Of a stretch of 64,000 nucleotides of DNA, positions 45,300 to 58,482 are shown piece by piece; position 1 is the stretch's first letter; every line of letters begins with the position of its first letter. The notes beneath the pieces are model-generated. The model was not told where the DNA came from and ran no database searches. It was given only the letters and a program-made list of their open reading frames with translations. The stretch is taken from the NCBI RefSeq assembly GCF_009914755.1, contig NC_060934.1. One strand, written 5' to 3'. Source of the DNA: the human T2T-CHM13v2.0 reference genome, Homo sapiens. The position numbers and the translations under genes are program-made.

Positions 45300-47350
45300 C
45301 AACAAAAGTAGACATTTAAAACACAACTGGAAACTAACAGCCCTACTCGCTGAATAAAAGGCCTGTGTCTTAAACAACTTTTAGGTTCAAGAACAAACCA
45401 AAACTTAAATAAATTAAATAGAATATCTCAAAAATAGCAAGAAGGAAAGCTGTTACATATCACTGCCAGAGGCAGTGCTCAGAGAAAAAGTACTTATGAT
45501 TATAACCCAGACATAGTATTTAACCATCCAACTCAGGTTTTATTAAAAAAAAATGACATTGCTCTAAGAAAAGTACAAGGAAGGGATTAAAAAGATAAAA
45601 ATAGAAGTTAATTAGAAAACAGAAGAACCAAAGCAACAATAAATAAACCCAGCACCTGATCAGCCTGTTGGTAATTAAGAAAAATGGAGAAAATACAGAT
45701 CACAAAATAATAAATGGAAAAGGAGACATCACACACATTTACAGTGAAGAATCCTATGGCAGCACTCTGCTGCTATGGATTTTATCTTTTCTAGGAAAAT
45801 GTAGGTATGAAAACTCCCCCAAAAGAGAGAAAATCTCTCAATGGACCAATGACTGTAGAAGAGACAGAGAAAACTGTTAAGAACTACCCAGCCCTGCCCA
45901 GAAAATCAGGCCAGACAATTTCACAGAGAAAATGTGCATCATCTTTATGGAGATGGTCACTCTGTTGCTTTTTAAAAGATTCTGGAGCATAGGAGAAGAA
46001 AGAGAGCTTCAAAACTAATTTTCAAAGGCAGAATAATGTTGACATTCAATTTTGATGAAGGTAGCACAAAAGTGAAAGCTACAAGCCAGTCTTGCCTGTG
46101 AATGTCAATGTAAAAATCTTAAATAGGATCTTAGCCAGCAGAATCGGCAGTGGATCAGAAAGAATGACCCATTGGGACCAGCCAACGATTTAACACTACG
46201 ACATTGATGACTCTAATTCCTCCTGTTGCCGGCTGTAAAAGAAAAAATGTGATTACTTCCATAGATGTCTAAAATGCACTTGATAAAATCCAGCGTCCAT
46301 TCTTGTGTAAAAACCCTAAATAAATTAGGAATGAACGGGCATGTACAACATCCCACTTAACGGGAAATATTATGGCCATTTTCACTGTCAGAAACAAGGC
46401 AAGGATGTTCGACATGACCTTGACGAAATTTGATCAAAGACAGGAATCAGAGGCACAAATCTGAGAAAGGTGGAGGTGAAGGCACTGGCATGTCAGGGTG
46501 GTCAGGTTGTGCACTGCACAACCAGGACTTGATCCCTGACCAGAGGGCGCCCTCAGAGCAGGTGCATAACACAGGGTGACAAGCCACAGACTCCCTAGAA
46601 AGCAGTGACCAGTTAGAAGAAAAATGAGAAAATAATCCCACTTACAACAACCGCAGCAGCACAGATAAAATGCCTAGGAACTACAAGATATTCCCAAAGA
46701 AAACCATAAATGTTACTGGCGACTGGAAGAGAAGACTGGAAAAAAGAAGGAAGGACTGCCGCATTCTTGGGTAGAAAGACTCAGTATTACAAAGATATTA
46801 ATTATTCCTAAGTGACTCGGTACATTTAGTGTGATTCCGTACCAATGCCAACTTATGTACGAGTGTGTGTGCGTGTCCGTGTGTGTGTGTATTCATGTGT
46901 GAAGAACTGGGCAAGTTCGTTCTCAGTTTTATTTAGAAAACCAAATATGCATGGATTCAAAAAAATTCTGTGGCAGAAGCAAGGATGGACTAGTCCTACC
47001 GGATAACAGACATTTCATCGAGGTAGGAAGTTAGCACTGTTCGAGAGCCATGAACCGGTCAGTGGAGCCGCTGCAGTCTCCAGACCACGGTGGAGCCACC
47101 CAGAAATGCAGTGGCCAGAAAGGTGCCCTGCTCACTGCAGAGGGGGTCCTGCAGCATGTGACAGCGGGGCTAGGAACGAGCCAACTTGGGCCTCACACGC
47201 TCGCACCAAATGCATCTGGAAAAATCAAGTTAAATTAAAAAATAAATAAATCCAAAGCATTTCAGAAGAAAAGAGGAGAACTGTAAACATCCTTGGCTTG
47301 AGGAATGACTATGACGCAAAACCCAGAGAGCATGAAAGATTGACAGACAC
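45300..47350 (+). mobile_element. Highly decayed L1M ORF2 fragments
   Basis: A-rich; atgtaaaaatcttaaata, ttgataaaatccagc...tccattcttg and tgggtagaaagactcagtatta motifs. Confidence 0.65.
46487..46575. mobile_element. MER91-like small element with hairpin and CTCF-like motif
   Basis: GGTTGTGCA-C-TGCACAACC palindrome at 46505-46523 followed by ACCAGAGGGCGC. Confidence 0.55.
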
Positions 47351-47353
47351 AAC

Positions 47354-48442
47354 TGAAACTGCCTTTGAAAATCATAACGAAGGAAATGATGACAGTTAAA
47401 GGTATCGGACCTAACCGACTCCATCTTGCTTCTAACCTCCAAACTGTCCGCGTCCATTCCGGGGCGTAGGCTGAACTAGCTTTGGGAAGGAATTTAGTTT
47501 ATAGTTTAAATAATAGCCCTTCCCAAAAGCTAAACTGCTCTTGTAAAATGAATGAAAGGCCACCAGCTACCAAGTTAGAATGAGACAGGCTGGAATTCTA
47601 AATATTACCAGCCATGATTCTGGAGGTCATATGACTTGCAACTTCCCCACTTACTCTTGAGGATATCATCACTATTGTGAACCTAAGCTCAGCCTGCTGA
47701 GATGTCTTTTCAGGTTTTTGATTTCTGACAACTGGATGGCCCCACCTGAAACTGCCAACTAGTTCTGTGACCCTCACCCAGGAACTGATTCAGCAGAAGA
47801 GGACAGCTTCGACTCCCTGTGATTTCATCCCAAGCCAACCGGTCAGCACCAGATTCACTGGCCCCTGCCCATCAAATTATCCTTAAAGACTCTGGTCCCC
47901 TACACACCATGGAATACTATGCAGCCATAAAAAATGATGAGTTCATGTCCTTTGTAGGGACATGGATGAAGCTAGAAACCATCATTCTCAGCAAACTATC
48001 GCAAGGACAAAAAACCAAACACCACATGTTCTCACTCATAGGTGGGAACTGAACAATGAGAACACTTGGACACAGGAAGGGGAACATCACACACCGGGGC
48101 CTGTTGTGGGGAGGGAGGAGGGATAGCATTAGGAGATATACCTAATGTAAATGACGAGTTAATGGGTGCAGCACACCAACATGGCACGTGTATGCGTATG
48201 TAACAAACCTGCACGTCGTGCACATGTACCCTAGAACTTAAAGTATAATAAAAATATATATATATTTAAAAAAAAGACTCTGGTCCTCGAGTTTTCAGGG
48301 AACTGATTTGAGTAATAATAAAACTCCAGTCTCCCGCAGAGCCGGCTCTGCCTGAATTACTCTTTCTCTATTGCAATTCCCCTGTCTTGATAAATCAGCT
48401 CTGTCTAGACATCGGGCAAGGTGAACCCACAGGGTGGTCACA
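47354..48442 (+). mobile_element. LTR8/LTR8A (ERV1) solo LTR interrupted by L1PA
   Basis: tgaaactgcctttg...ccgactccatcttgcttctaacctcc...gagtaataataaaactcc...ggtgaaccc; flanks caac/cagc. Confidence 0.85.
47899..48272 (+). mobile_element. 5'-truncated L1PA (approximately L1PA4-6) 3' end with 14-bp TSD AAAGACTCTGGTCC
   Basis: L1 ORF2 C-terminus (MEYYAAIKNDEFMSF...), 3'UTR and A-rich tail; TSD at 47885-47898 and 48273-48286. Confidence 0.95.
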
Positions 48443-49044
48443 CAGCTACATAAAAACCCTAAATGGTCAAACCTCTCCGCAAACAAGTAAAAAAGGCAAA
48501 CGTGTTGCTGAAGAAGCATTGGCAGCAGGCAGTGTTTCCTGCAGATACATGGCCAATTCCCTTATCGACCCCCTTATTGATCTCTCCCCAGGATCCTCCG
48601 AGGCCTCCTTTAGATCAGGCCTCAGCCTCGGGCCCTGTCCTCAGCTGCCCTCCTTGGGGCGAGCCACTCCTGCTTTGCCTGCCTGGCCCTGATGGCAGTT
48701 CCTGTCCGTCATGCCAGGCTGCGCTGGCAGTGGCCGGTGTATCAGTCTGGGTGATCAGAGGTCTTGCTGGGAAGTGCTATGTGGCTGAGCGCTCTAATCT
48801 CAGCCCCTGCACCTCAGTGCAGCTGAGCACAGAGCTCCTGGGGCTGGCCAGATCCCTGTCAGTCCCTCAGGGTGGGCCCGCACCTGGAGCACTAACAGCT
48901 GTCTCCCAGCCCTGCTGAGAGCCATGTGGAATCGGCCTGTGGTTAAGCGACATCCACTACAGTGAAAATATAAAAAGGAGCCAGGCCACCCTGTGTTCAC
49001 CAACAGGCCTGTGAAAGCCCCTCTGCCACATCCTACATCAAATA

Positions 49045-49397
49045 TCCCATCTCTGAAGGCACTGGGTCTCATCCCATCTCTGAAGGCGCTGGGTCTCACC
49101 TGAGGACCGAGGGAGGATCCCCTCTCTGAAGGCGCTGTGGCCTCATCTGAGGACCGAGGGAGGATCCCGTCTCTGAAGGCGCTGGGTCTCATGTGAGGAC
49201 CAAGGGAGGATCCCATCTCTGAAGGCACTGGGTCTCATGTGAGGACCGAGGGAGGACCCCGTCTCTGAAGACACTGGGTCTCATATGAGGACTGAGGGAG
49301 GATCCCATCTCTGAAGGTGCTGGGTCTCATCTGAAGACCGAGGGAGGATTTCGTCTCTGAAGGCGCTGCGGCCTCATCTGAGGACTGAGGGAGGACA
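49045..49397. repeat. 46-bp minisatellite x~7
   Basis: tgaggaccgagggaggatcccatctctgaaggcgctgggtctcat units. Confidence 0.92.
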
Positions 49398-52300
49398 CCC
49401 TAGGGCCCTCGCCCCTCCTTCCCCCACCACTCTGAAGTGGGGGTCCCTCTCTGCCGTGCCAGGAGGCCAGCCCTCCTCAAGCTTCCACAAACAGGGCAGA
49501 GCTCCGCATGCAGTGTGCTGGGGGCAGGTGGACTCCTGCGTCCCAAGCTCAGGCCCCCGGGGGTCACTGCGGGCTGGTGGCAGGTCCAGTGGGCTCAGCT
49601 CCCATTTGGTCCCTTCCTTCCTGGATGAACGCAGACCCCTTACCTGACCACCGAGGCTGGATCTCTCCGTCCACAAATCAGAGACCCCACCCACATCGAG
49701 GGTCCTGCCTGTGTCTGGGGGCTGCAGCAGGGAGTCCCGCACCCATCGGGACAGCTACAAAGCTGGGGAGGGATCTGCTGGGGATGCCCACAGGACCTGG
49801 GGTGTGGGGCAGGCAGGACGCGACACCTGGCAGGACTTTAGGACATGTTGGTGCCCAGACCTGTGGGTTGACAGCGAGGCCCGGAGCACGGAGGCCGCCT
49901 GTGTGGCTCACATCAGAGCTTTAAACATTCAGTTTGACAGGGTGTCGGGGCGACTGCCCTTCCTTGTGCTCAGGAAGAGTCGGGCAGGCCTGCTCCTGCA
50001 GGGCGCCGGTGGTGCTATTTTAGGCGTCCTGCTCTGAAGGGCCTCTCTGCGCCCCGTGTGCTCACAGTCTAGGTATTGAACAGGCAGGCCCTATCCTCCT
50101 CTGAGCACCAGGACAGAGCGGGCGGCTGTTTAAATGCAAGATCAGTCAGCTGTGGCAGGATGCAGTGATTTGAGAGAAAATGTCACAACTCTACCAGCGA
50201 AGTTGGAAACTAAATCGGGACGTCACAGTGACCTCCCTGGCTTGCACACAGCCAGGTGACAGGCTGTGCGGAGCCGTGGGGCCCTCCCCCTGGGATACCT
50301 GCTGACACCAGGCTGGGCAGGGCCCTTCGGAAGGCGAGTGGGAGGACCCAGGAGCTCCTGCTCCTGAGCCCAGGGTCACCTTTAGGGAGCACTTTGGGGG
50401 GTCAGTTGTGCACCTTCCGGAAGGAGGCAGCGAGACTGGGGAGCAGCAGGAGGAAGCCGTGGCCAAGGTCCCTGCAGAGCCAGCTGCTCTGAGCCTTGCC
50501 CAGGGCATGGCTGAAACGCAGCCCCAGGCTCCATGCCAGTTCTCCAGGCACTGGCCCAAGGTCTCCTCCTCTTGAAGAGCTGCTCAGGTTAATTTCCCAC
50601 GGCAGCGGGATTCCAGCGTCCTCCCTCCCTCAGTCCTTGTGGCGCCATCCCCTGCCTGGCCCTGGACCCCCATCCTCTGACGGGTTCCTCTTCCCCTCGT
50701 GCCTTTACTTACTTGACAGATGTTCACACCCCCACACGCTGAGCTCAGCATCTCCTGGTCACGGGTCCCTGGAGCCTGTGGGCCAGCACAGGGGGCCCGC
50801 CTGCATGTAGGACCTTCTCTGAACAGTCACCAGCTCCGGGCATGGCGAGGGCCCAGGGGTCTGTCTGACCTGAATCTCCCAGGTGGGAGCTGGTCTTTGA
50901 GGCACACGGCAGCCTCTGCACCACGTTTCGGGGGTCAGGAGGTGCAGAATAGCTCTGCAGGGGGAGGCAGGGGGTGACGCGGCCGCTCCTGGAGCACCGG
51001 CCTCGCCAACTCTGGTGGAGACCCCCAGGCTGTCGAGGGCCACAGCGATGCCCTCCTCTCCCTTTGCTCCTCCCCACCCAATCCCCCCTGCAGGGCAGCC
51101 TGGCCTCCTGCACAGACCGACAGGTGGGCGCTGGAGGCAACATGCCTGGACCAGGACTCCTGGGCCTCACCTGCCCAGTGTGCCTGCAGTACCATCTCCG
51201 CTCACCACCTGGCTGGGTGCATCTCTCCTGGGGGCCACCACACTCCAGGGATGCCGGTCTCCCTTCTCAGCTGGTATTTCAATCAGGGTCTGGAAAGGGG
51301 TGGCCTCCACTCCTCCTGTCCCAGGGGAGACTTGGGCTGGCCAGGTGAGGGTGGGATTCTGACCAAGGCGACCTCTCCTTCCCAGAGGGACAGAGGCTGT
51401 CCTGGGTGGGTAACCGCCCTTTGGTCTAGACCCTCCTGATCCCTCAGACCAGGAGAGACGGGGCATTTCTGATGTCGCTGCTTGAAAGGCAACCCAAACT
51501 GGAGCCTCTCCTCTGACGCGTCCTGCTGTCTGAATAAGCCGAGGAGGCGCCGCCACCTTGGTGTCAGTGCACGCTGAGGCCAAGGGCTCTCCTCCCGGAC
51601 ACTCATCGCCGGCCCCTGAGAGGAAGGGTGGACCCACCCCAGGCACAGACATGCCGGCACCTTCTGGGCTTCCTTGCCCCAGGGTTGACCTTTTGTCCTT
51701 ATCCTGCCTGGGCTCCTCCTGGCGGCTCACACAAGGGTGGGTGTGATGTCACCTGGGCCGACCTGCCCCCGACTCAGCACCGAGGCTCCTGTGTGCCTCA
51801 AACCCGGCTCCCGCCAGGAATTCGAGTCAGACAGGTCCCTGGGCCCTCGCCATGCCCCAAACTGGCAGCCATACAGAGGACGCCCCGCATGCAGGTGGGG
51901 ACCCACAATCAGGCCCCCGGGGCAGGTGGGCACCTGGGTGGAGGCCACGGCTTTCTCACCTGGACGGGGACTAAGGAGGCTCCTCTGCCCGTCCCCTGTC
52001 CAGGCCTCGCTGAGGCTCCTAGGCCATCACCTTCTTTCTCCTGACATCCCCACCCCTCCGGTGCCCCCCAGGCCCCCCCCAGTCAACTCCCACTTGGGCT
52101 CTTGTCTCAGGCCCGAGGCCAGGGCCAGCCTTGGCAAAGGCAAGATCTCTTCTGAGAACAGGTGCCGGCCTGGAGCCAACGGGTGGCCTTGGCGTCCGGT
52201 GGCCTCGGCCCCAGCGTCCAGATTGGACCCAAGGGGACGATCGCCCCACCACTGACGAGGGTGCCACGAATGGGGTTGTGGACAGGGGGTGTGAGGGGCT

Positions 52301-53004
52301 CGGGGGAGGTGGTGCTGGTGCGTGGCTGCTGCAGCCTGGGGACACAGCCGTCCTCACGCTCGGCCAAGGGTCACTGGTGACAGACGGCGAGGCCTCGTCC
52401 CCAGATGCCGCCTCCCACGTGGTTCAGCCAGAACGCGCTCCCACCTCAGCCCTCCCTGGTCACCGTGGGTGTCAGAGCCACCAGGGTGGTGCCATCCCGA
52501 GGGGCATTCCCTCGACAGGTGACAGCTCTTCCCAAACACTGCTGCCCCAGAGTGTGACAGAGGCCCCTGGTCCGGAGCCACACCACAGAGGGACACCCCC
52601 ACGGCCCCTCGCACTGAGAGCGCGCGGCTCAGGCAGGAGCCAGCCTCAGGCTGCAGGCCCTGTGGGCGGACGGCGGAGGGAGGCAGGGCTGGGAGACGTT
52701 TTTTGTATCTATGAGTTAACAACAAACCCAGCCGGAACCCCAGGCTCAGATCTGCTCAGAAGACGGAGGGGAAGCAGCAAATGCTGGCGTCTGACTTGGA
52801 TCCAGGACTTTTATTTTTAAGCTTTAAAAATGTGAAGAAGAGGATGTCACCAGCTAACGACGTCAGCAAACGTCTTGGAAAATTTGGAAACGTGTTGACC
52901 GGGTTGGCTGTAATTTATTTCTAGAAGTGTAAGCAAGAATTTGGGGCTGAGGGCTAAGAAAGGCAAAACCAGAAACATCAAGATCGGCTCAATGTGACCC
53001 CTGC

Positions 53005-53260
53005 CGCATGCCTGCTCCCAGGACCCCTCACCCCCAACCCCTGCCACACACCTGCTCCCGGGGGCTCCCCACCCCTCACCCCCACCTCATGCCTGCTCCC
53101 CGGCACTTCTCACCTGCTCACCCCTACCACATGCTGGCTCCCCTGACCCCCCACCCCTCACCCCTGCTGCACACCTGCTCCCCTGATCCCCCACCCCTCA
53201 CCCCTGCTGCACACCTGCTCCGGCGATCCCCCACCCCTCACCCCCGCTGCACTTGCAGCC
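53005..53260. repeat. C-rich degenerate ~40-bp tandem repeat
   Basis: cacacctgctcc...ccccacccctcacccc recurring. Confidence 0.75.
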
Positions 53261-53646
53261 CAGCCTTGGAGTGCAGGCCTTTCTCCTTCACTCTTCCGCC
53301 TTAGGACGCTGGCCGTGTATGAGTGTCAGTGCACGGATGAGCGAGTGTGAGTGTGAGCCTGACAGGCATGTGTGAGCATGAGTTCAGTGTGTGTGTGAGC
53401 AAGTGTGTGTGTGCCTGCGTGAGTGTGCACAACAGTCGGCCTCTCCACGTGCATGTGCCAGGCCGGCAGGTCCAGCCCCCTCTGCTTCCTCCGCGTGAGG
53501 AGGGCTCACAGTCCCTGCAGGGCCTGCACAGCCCGGGAGACCAGCGATAGGGCAGGGGCTCCGGGAGCTGCCAGCTTGGCTGGGAGGACAGAATCACGTT
53601 GCTGATGGACGTCTTCTGAGAGAGGACTGGGACGCCATCATTCGAG

Positions 53647-54115
53647 TGAGGTTTGAGGTGGGAGTCGACTCCAGAGGCAGTACTTGGACTCCGGACCGGA
53701 TTGACTAGTTAAAGCAGGGCTCGCGGAAGCAGCTTTCCCTAAGCCTCGCCCACCCGAGTGCCTGTCAGTTTTCCGTTGCCATAGCAACACCCGGGTGTTA
53801 CCGCCCCCTTCTATGGCAATGACTCAATGACCCAAAAGTTACTACCCCTTCCCTAGAAATTTCTGCATAAATCGCCCCTTAATCTGCATGCGATTAAAAG
53901 CGGTATAAGTGTGACTGCAAAACTGCCCCAAGCGGCTGCTCTCTGCCTACGGGGCGGCCCCGCTGCAGGAGCAGTCAGGGAGCTGTGAGCTGTGGCACGG
54001 CCGCCTGAATAAAGCTCTTTCCTTCTACCTGCGGCTTGCCCTTGAATTCCCTCCAGGGTAAAGCCAAGAACCGTCGGGGCTCAGCCCCACCTGGGGGCTC
54101 CCCTGCCCCGCACCA
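53647..54115 (+). mobile_element. MER66-like ERV1 solo LTR
   Basis: Matches recalled MER66 (tgagg...gactcc...ggaagcagctttcc...ctagaaatttctgcataa...cccttgaattc...agccaagaacc); TATA-like motif at 53904, AATAAA at 54008. Confidence 0.75.
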
Positions 54116-54693
54116 CCGAAGTCTTGGATGGGTAACTGGAAGATGCCATTGTGAATAGAAATATCCTTTCTCGATGAATTAGAAAATGAAACCAACTCCT
54201 GCATTAATTTTACACAAATGACATCAAGAGGGTTGAGAGAAGAAGGTGGCTGTCCCCAGCTCCGGGTCCCTGCCAGCCTTATGATAGTCTTCTAAGGCCA
54301 TCTATTATTTCCTGAAATATTCATAGAAGTATGAAAAATTGAGCATGAGTGGTTTGCTTTGTGCTTCGTTATTTATTAAGCTTGTGACTTATTTTTCTTT
54401 TGGCGAAGAGCTTCCTATCTTTTCCAAGAAAAAAAAAGTGGGCCAGAATAACAGCCCTCATGTTTTGAGCTTGAAATTAAAATTTCGAAGACCTCCCTGT
54501 ACAAAGTGAAGCTGAGTAAAGATGTTTACAAATGCAGATTGAAAATGAAAAATGCAAGGGCCTTTGTGACTCATTTTATGAATATGTGTTTTTATCAAAG
54601 AACTCCCATAAGTTGACTCGGAGCCTGATTTGCATCTAGGGTTTCATCCTTGCTTGGTGGTGGACTGGCCGTCCCTTCATCCCTTCTATAAGT

Positions 54694-55027
54694 CCATTAA
54701 CATCCCTCCCTCCATCTGTCCGTCAACATCCCTCCCTCCATCCATCTGTCTATCAACATTCCTCCCTCCCTCCATCTGTCCATCAAAATCCCTCCCTTCA
54801 TCCATCTGTCTATCAACATTCCTCCCTCCCTCCATCTGTCCATCAACATCCCTCCCTCCATCCATCCGTCCATCAACATCCCTTCCTCCATCCATCCGTC
54901 CATCAACATCCCTCCATCCATCCGTCCATCAACATCCCTCCCTCCATCCATCCGTCCATCAACATCCCTCCCTCCATCCATCCGTCCATCAACATCCCTC
55001 TCTCCATCCATCCATCCATCAACATTC
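54694..55027. repeat. ~30-bp CCAT-rich minisatellite
   Basis: catcaacatccctccctccatccatc(t/c)gtc units. Confidence 0.92.
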
Positions 55028-55239
55028 CTGGCACCTGCTCAGCATCGGGGGGGCATCCCAGCCCTCACAGGGAGCAGGCACAGTAGGTACAGGTAGAGGC
55101 TCCCTGCCTGCTCAGCCCCAGGCCGCTCCTGAGAGCACCCCCAAAGCCACAGGTCACAGCACATTGCCCCTGATTTTACCCCATTAGGAGAGGGAAGATG
55201 TGCCCAAGGGGACTGGTGAGCCACAGGGAGGCGGATTCC

Positions 55240-55612
55240 TGGGCTGCAGCTTAAAACAAGACACTTGTTCCCTCATGGTTCCGGAAGCCAGAGTCCAAGA
55301 TTGAGGTGTAGGCCTGCGCTCCCTCAGAGCTGCTCGCTCCAGGGAGATCCCTCCTCGGCGCTTCTGCTTCTGGTGACTCCGGGTGTCCTCAGCATCGCCC
55401 AGCCCCACCTCCATCTTTGCAAGCCTCTCCTTTCTCCCATAAGGATGCCAGGCACCGGATTTCAGGCCCATACTAAATCCAAGATGATCTCATCATGATA
55501 TCCTTAACTTTTTACATCTGCGAAGACCCTGTTTCCAAACTGGTCACGTTTGTAGGAACCAGGGCTTAGGACTCGAACATATCTTTTGGGGAGACAAGAT
55601 TCATCCCCCATG
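55240..55612 (-). mobile_element. MLT1 (ERVL-MaLR) LTR
   Basis: gcttaaaacaa...gaagccagagtccaagat...aatccaagatgatctcatc...tacatctgcgaagaccctgtttccaaa. Confidence 0.75.
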
Positions 55613-56579
55613 AGCATGGGTTCAGAGAGCAACGGCTTTAGCACTACCGAGGTCTTAATCCAAGCTTCCTGTCAGGATTTAATACAAGGGAGGCTGAACT
55701 GCCGGGGAGCTCAGAAATGCACGAGCAAGACATGAGCGTAGGGGAGGTTCCCGGGGTGCCTCGACTGTCCAGGCTTGCAGCTGCAGGTGGAGAGGAGGCA
55801 AGGCTGTTTGCCCATTTCAGCCTCAGAACAGTCACAGCCCAGCAGCCGGCGGCCTGTCCATGATGACCATTCTGCTCCGGAGCCTACACAGAGGGCACTG
55901 TTCACCCTGCGGCCGCCTCCCTGCGCTCCAAGGATCAGCCTCATGATAAGGTCAGAAAGAACCTTGGCTTTAGGGTCTGTCCCGCGTGGCCACCTGTTCT
56001 GTATGTTAAAACCGACTTGCCTGCCATTTCTCTTCTTATCCCTCACACCCACCCACCCAGCCTGGGCCAGGCCTGGTTCTAGGGCGCGGCCAACGGTCGG
56101 GGACAAAATATTCATGGTTTCTGGGTTCGTGGTCAGGCAGTTTGGGTGGACACAAGCAAGTGCCACGTAAAATAAGCAACGGTGAGAATGGTTATGAGTC
56201 GCAATGACACTGTGAGGCACTTTAACAGGCTCATCGGCGTGGCCCTAGGCCCTGCCCTCTGTGAGCCCAGGTCACCCCCAGGACGCCCAGCGGCTGCTGC
56301 GCCACCTCCCTCCTCCCACTGTGGCCAGGCCTGGCGGGCGGGTGCTGCCTCCCGACACGCACACTTTGCCGGGGCAGGTCCGCGCCAGCGCCGTCGCCAG
56401 AAGAGCCTCACAAAGACGCGGCTGCCACCGTTTGGCGTCTTTGAAGACTGTTCAGCAGGTCTGAGGATGAGCTGCTCTGAGGGTTTTTCCCAACTTACCA
56501 TTTTGATACAACGTCAAACATATGTAAAAGTCACAAGAATACGACAAGGAACTGCCATTAGAGCCTTAGGCGAATTCAC

Positions 56580-57172
56580 CAACTGTTCCCACTTCTCACC
56601 GGTGTCACCTTCCCACCGTTCCCACTCCTCACTGGCGTTACCTTCCCTCCGTTCCCACTTCTCCTCAACGGCGTTACATTCCTGCGGTTCCCACTTCTCA
56701 CCGGTGTCACCTTCCCACCGTTCCCACTCCTCACTGGCGTTACCTTCCCACCGTTCCCACTCCTCACTGGCGTTACCTTCCCTCCGTTCCCACTTCTCCT
56801 CAACGGCGTTACCTTCCTGCGGTTCCCACTTCTCACCGGTGTCACCTTCCCACCGTTCCCACTCCTCACTGGCGTTACCTTCCTGCCATTCCCACTTCTC
56901 CTCACGGCGTTACCTTCCTGCCGTTCCCACTTCTCCTCAATGGTGTTTCCTTCCCGCCTTTCCCACTTCTCACCAGCGTTACCTTCCCGCCATTCCTACT
57001 TCTCCTCAACGACGTTACCTTCCCTCTGTTCCCACTTCTCACTGGCGTTACCTTCATGCTGTTCCTACTTCTCCTCATGCCATTACCTTCCTGCCATTCC
57101 CACTTCTCCTCACGCATTACCTTCCTGCTGTTCCCAATTCTCTCTGGCGTTACCTTCCTGCTGTTCTGCCGT
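56580..57172. repeat. 33/36-bp minisatellite x~17
   Basis: cgttaccttcc...gttcccacttctc(ctc)a units. Confidence 0.93.
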
Positions 57173-57269
57173 TCACGCGTGTTTATATGTGTTTGCATGT
57201 GTTTACATGTGTTTGCATGTGCCTGTGTCTGCATATGCGCATTTCCCTGAATCGACGGAGGGTGAGTTG

Positions 57270-57840
57270 AGAGTTGAAGAAATTATGCCATTTTACTGCT
57301 AAATACCTCAGCGTGTACTTCCTGACAAAGACACTTCTTTTCATTACCACAGTATAGCTGTCAAAATCAGGAAAGTTCACACCAATGAAATATCTAATCC
57401 AGAGTCCATACTCAGATTTCATCAATTGTGCCTAAACATCCCTTTAGCTTTTTCCCACTACATCCTGGATCTAATCCAGGACCGCGGGCCTATGACCTTT
57501 TCAAAGTCCTAATTTCCATCCTTCTTCAACAGTTCTTGTAGCCTTTCTTTGTATTTCTTGACCTTGACATTTTTGTGAGTGTTTGTCAGCGACTTTGCAG
57601 AGTGCCCCTCAGTCTGGGTTGACGTTCGGATTTTCCATTTTATTCTAAGGTGGTTTTGGTAAATTGTATTATTCAAGGACTTTCCCCCATTTCATTGTAA
57701 TTGCCAAATGTATTGGCATAAACTGGTTTATCATGTTCCCTGATTTCCCTTTTAGTGACTGTAGAATCTCTATATTTCCTCTTTCATTTCTGATATTGGC
57801 AATTTAGGCTTTTCCCTCTTTATTTTTCTTTTATCTTGGT
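57270..57840 (-). mobile_element. Old L1 (L1MC/L1M) fragments
   Basis: tcaaaatcaggaaa...tctaatccagagtccatactcagatttc...ttgaccttgacatttttg motifs. Confidence 0.55.
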
Positions 57841-57846
57841 TGATCT

Positions 57847-58453
<607 letters not shown>

Positions 58454-58482
58454 CTGATCGGTCTTATGATCAGTCTTATAAG

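Noticed and set aside
56182-57270. 362-aa ORF
   Set aside because: Mostly VNTR translation; no recognisable domain.
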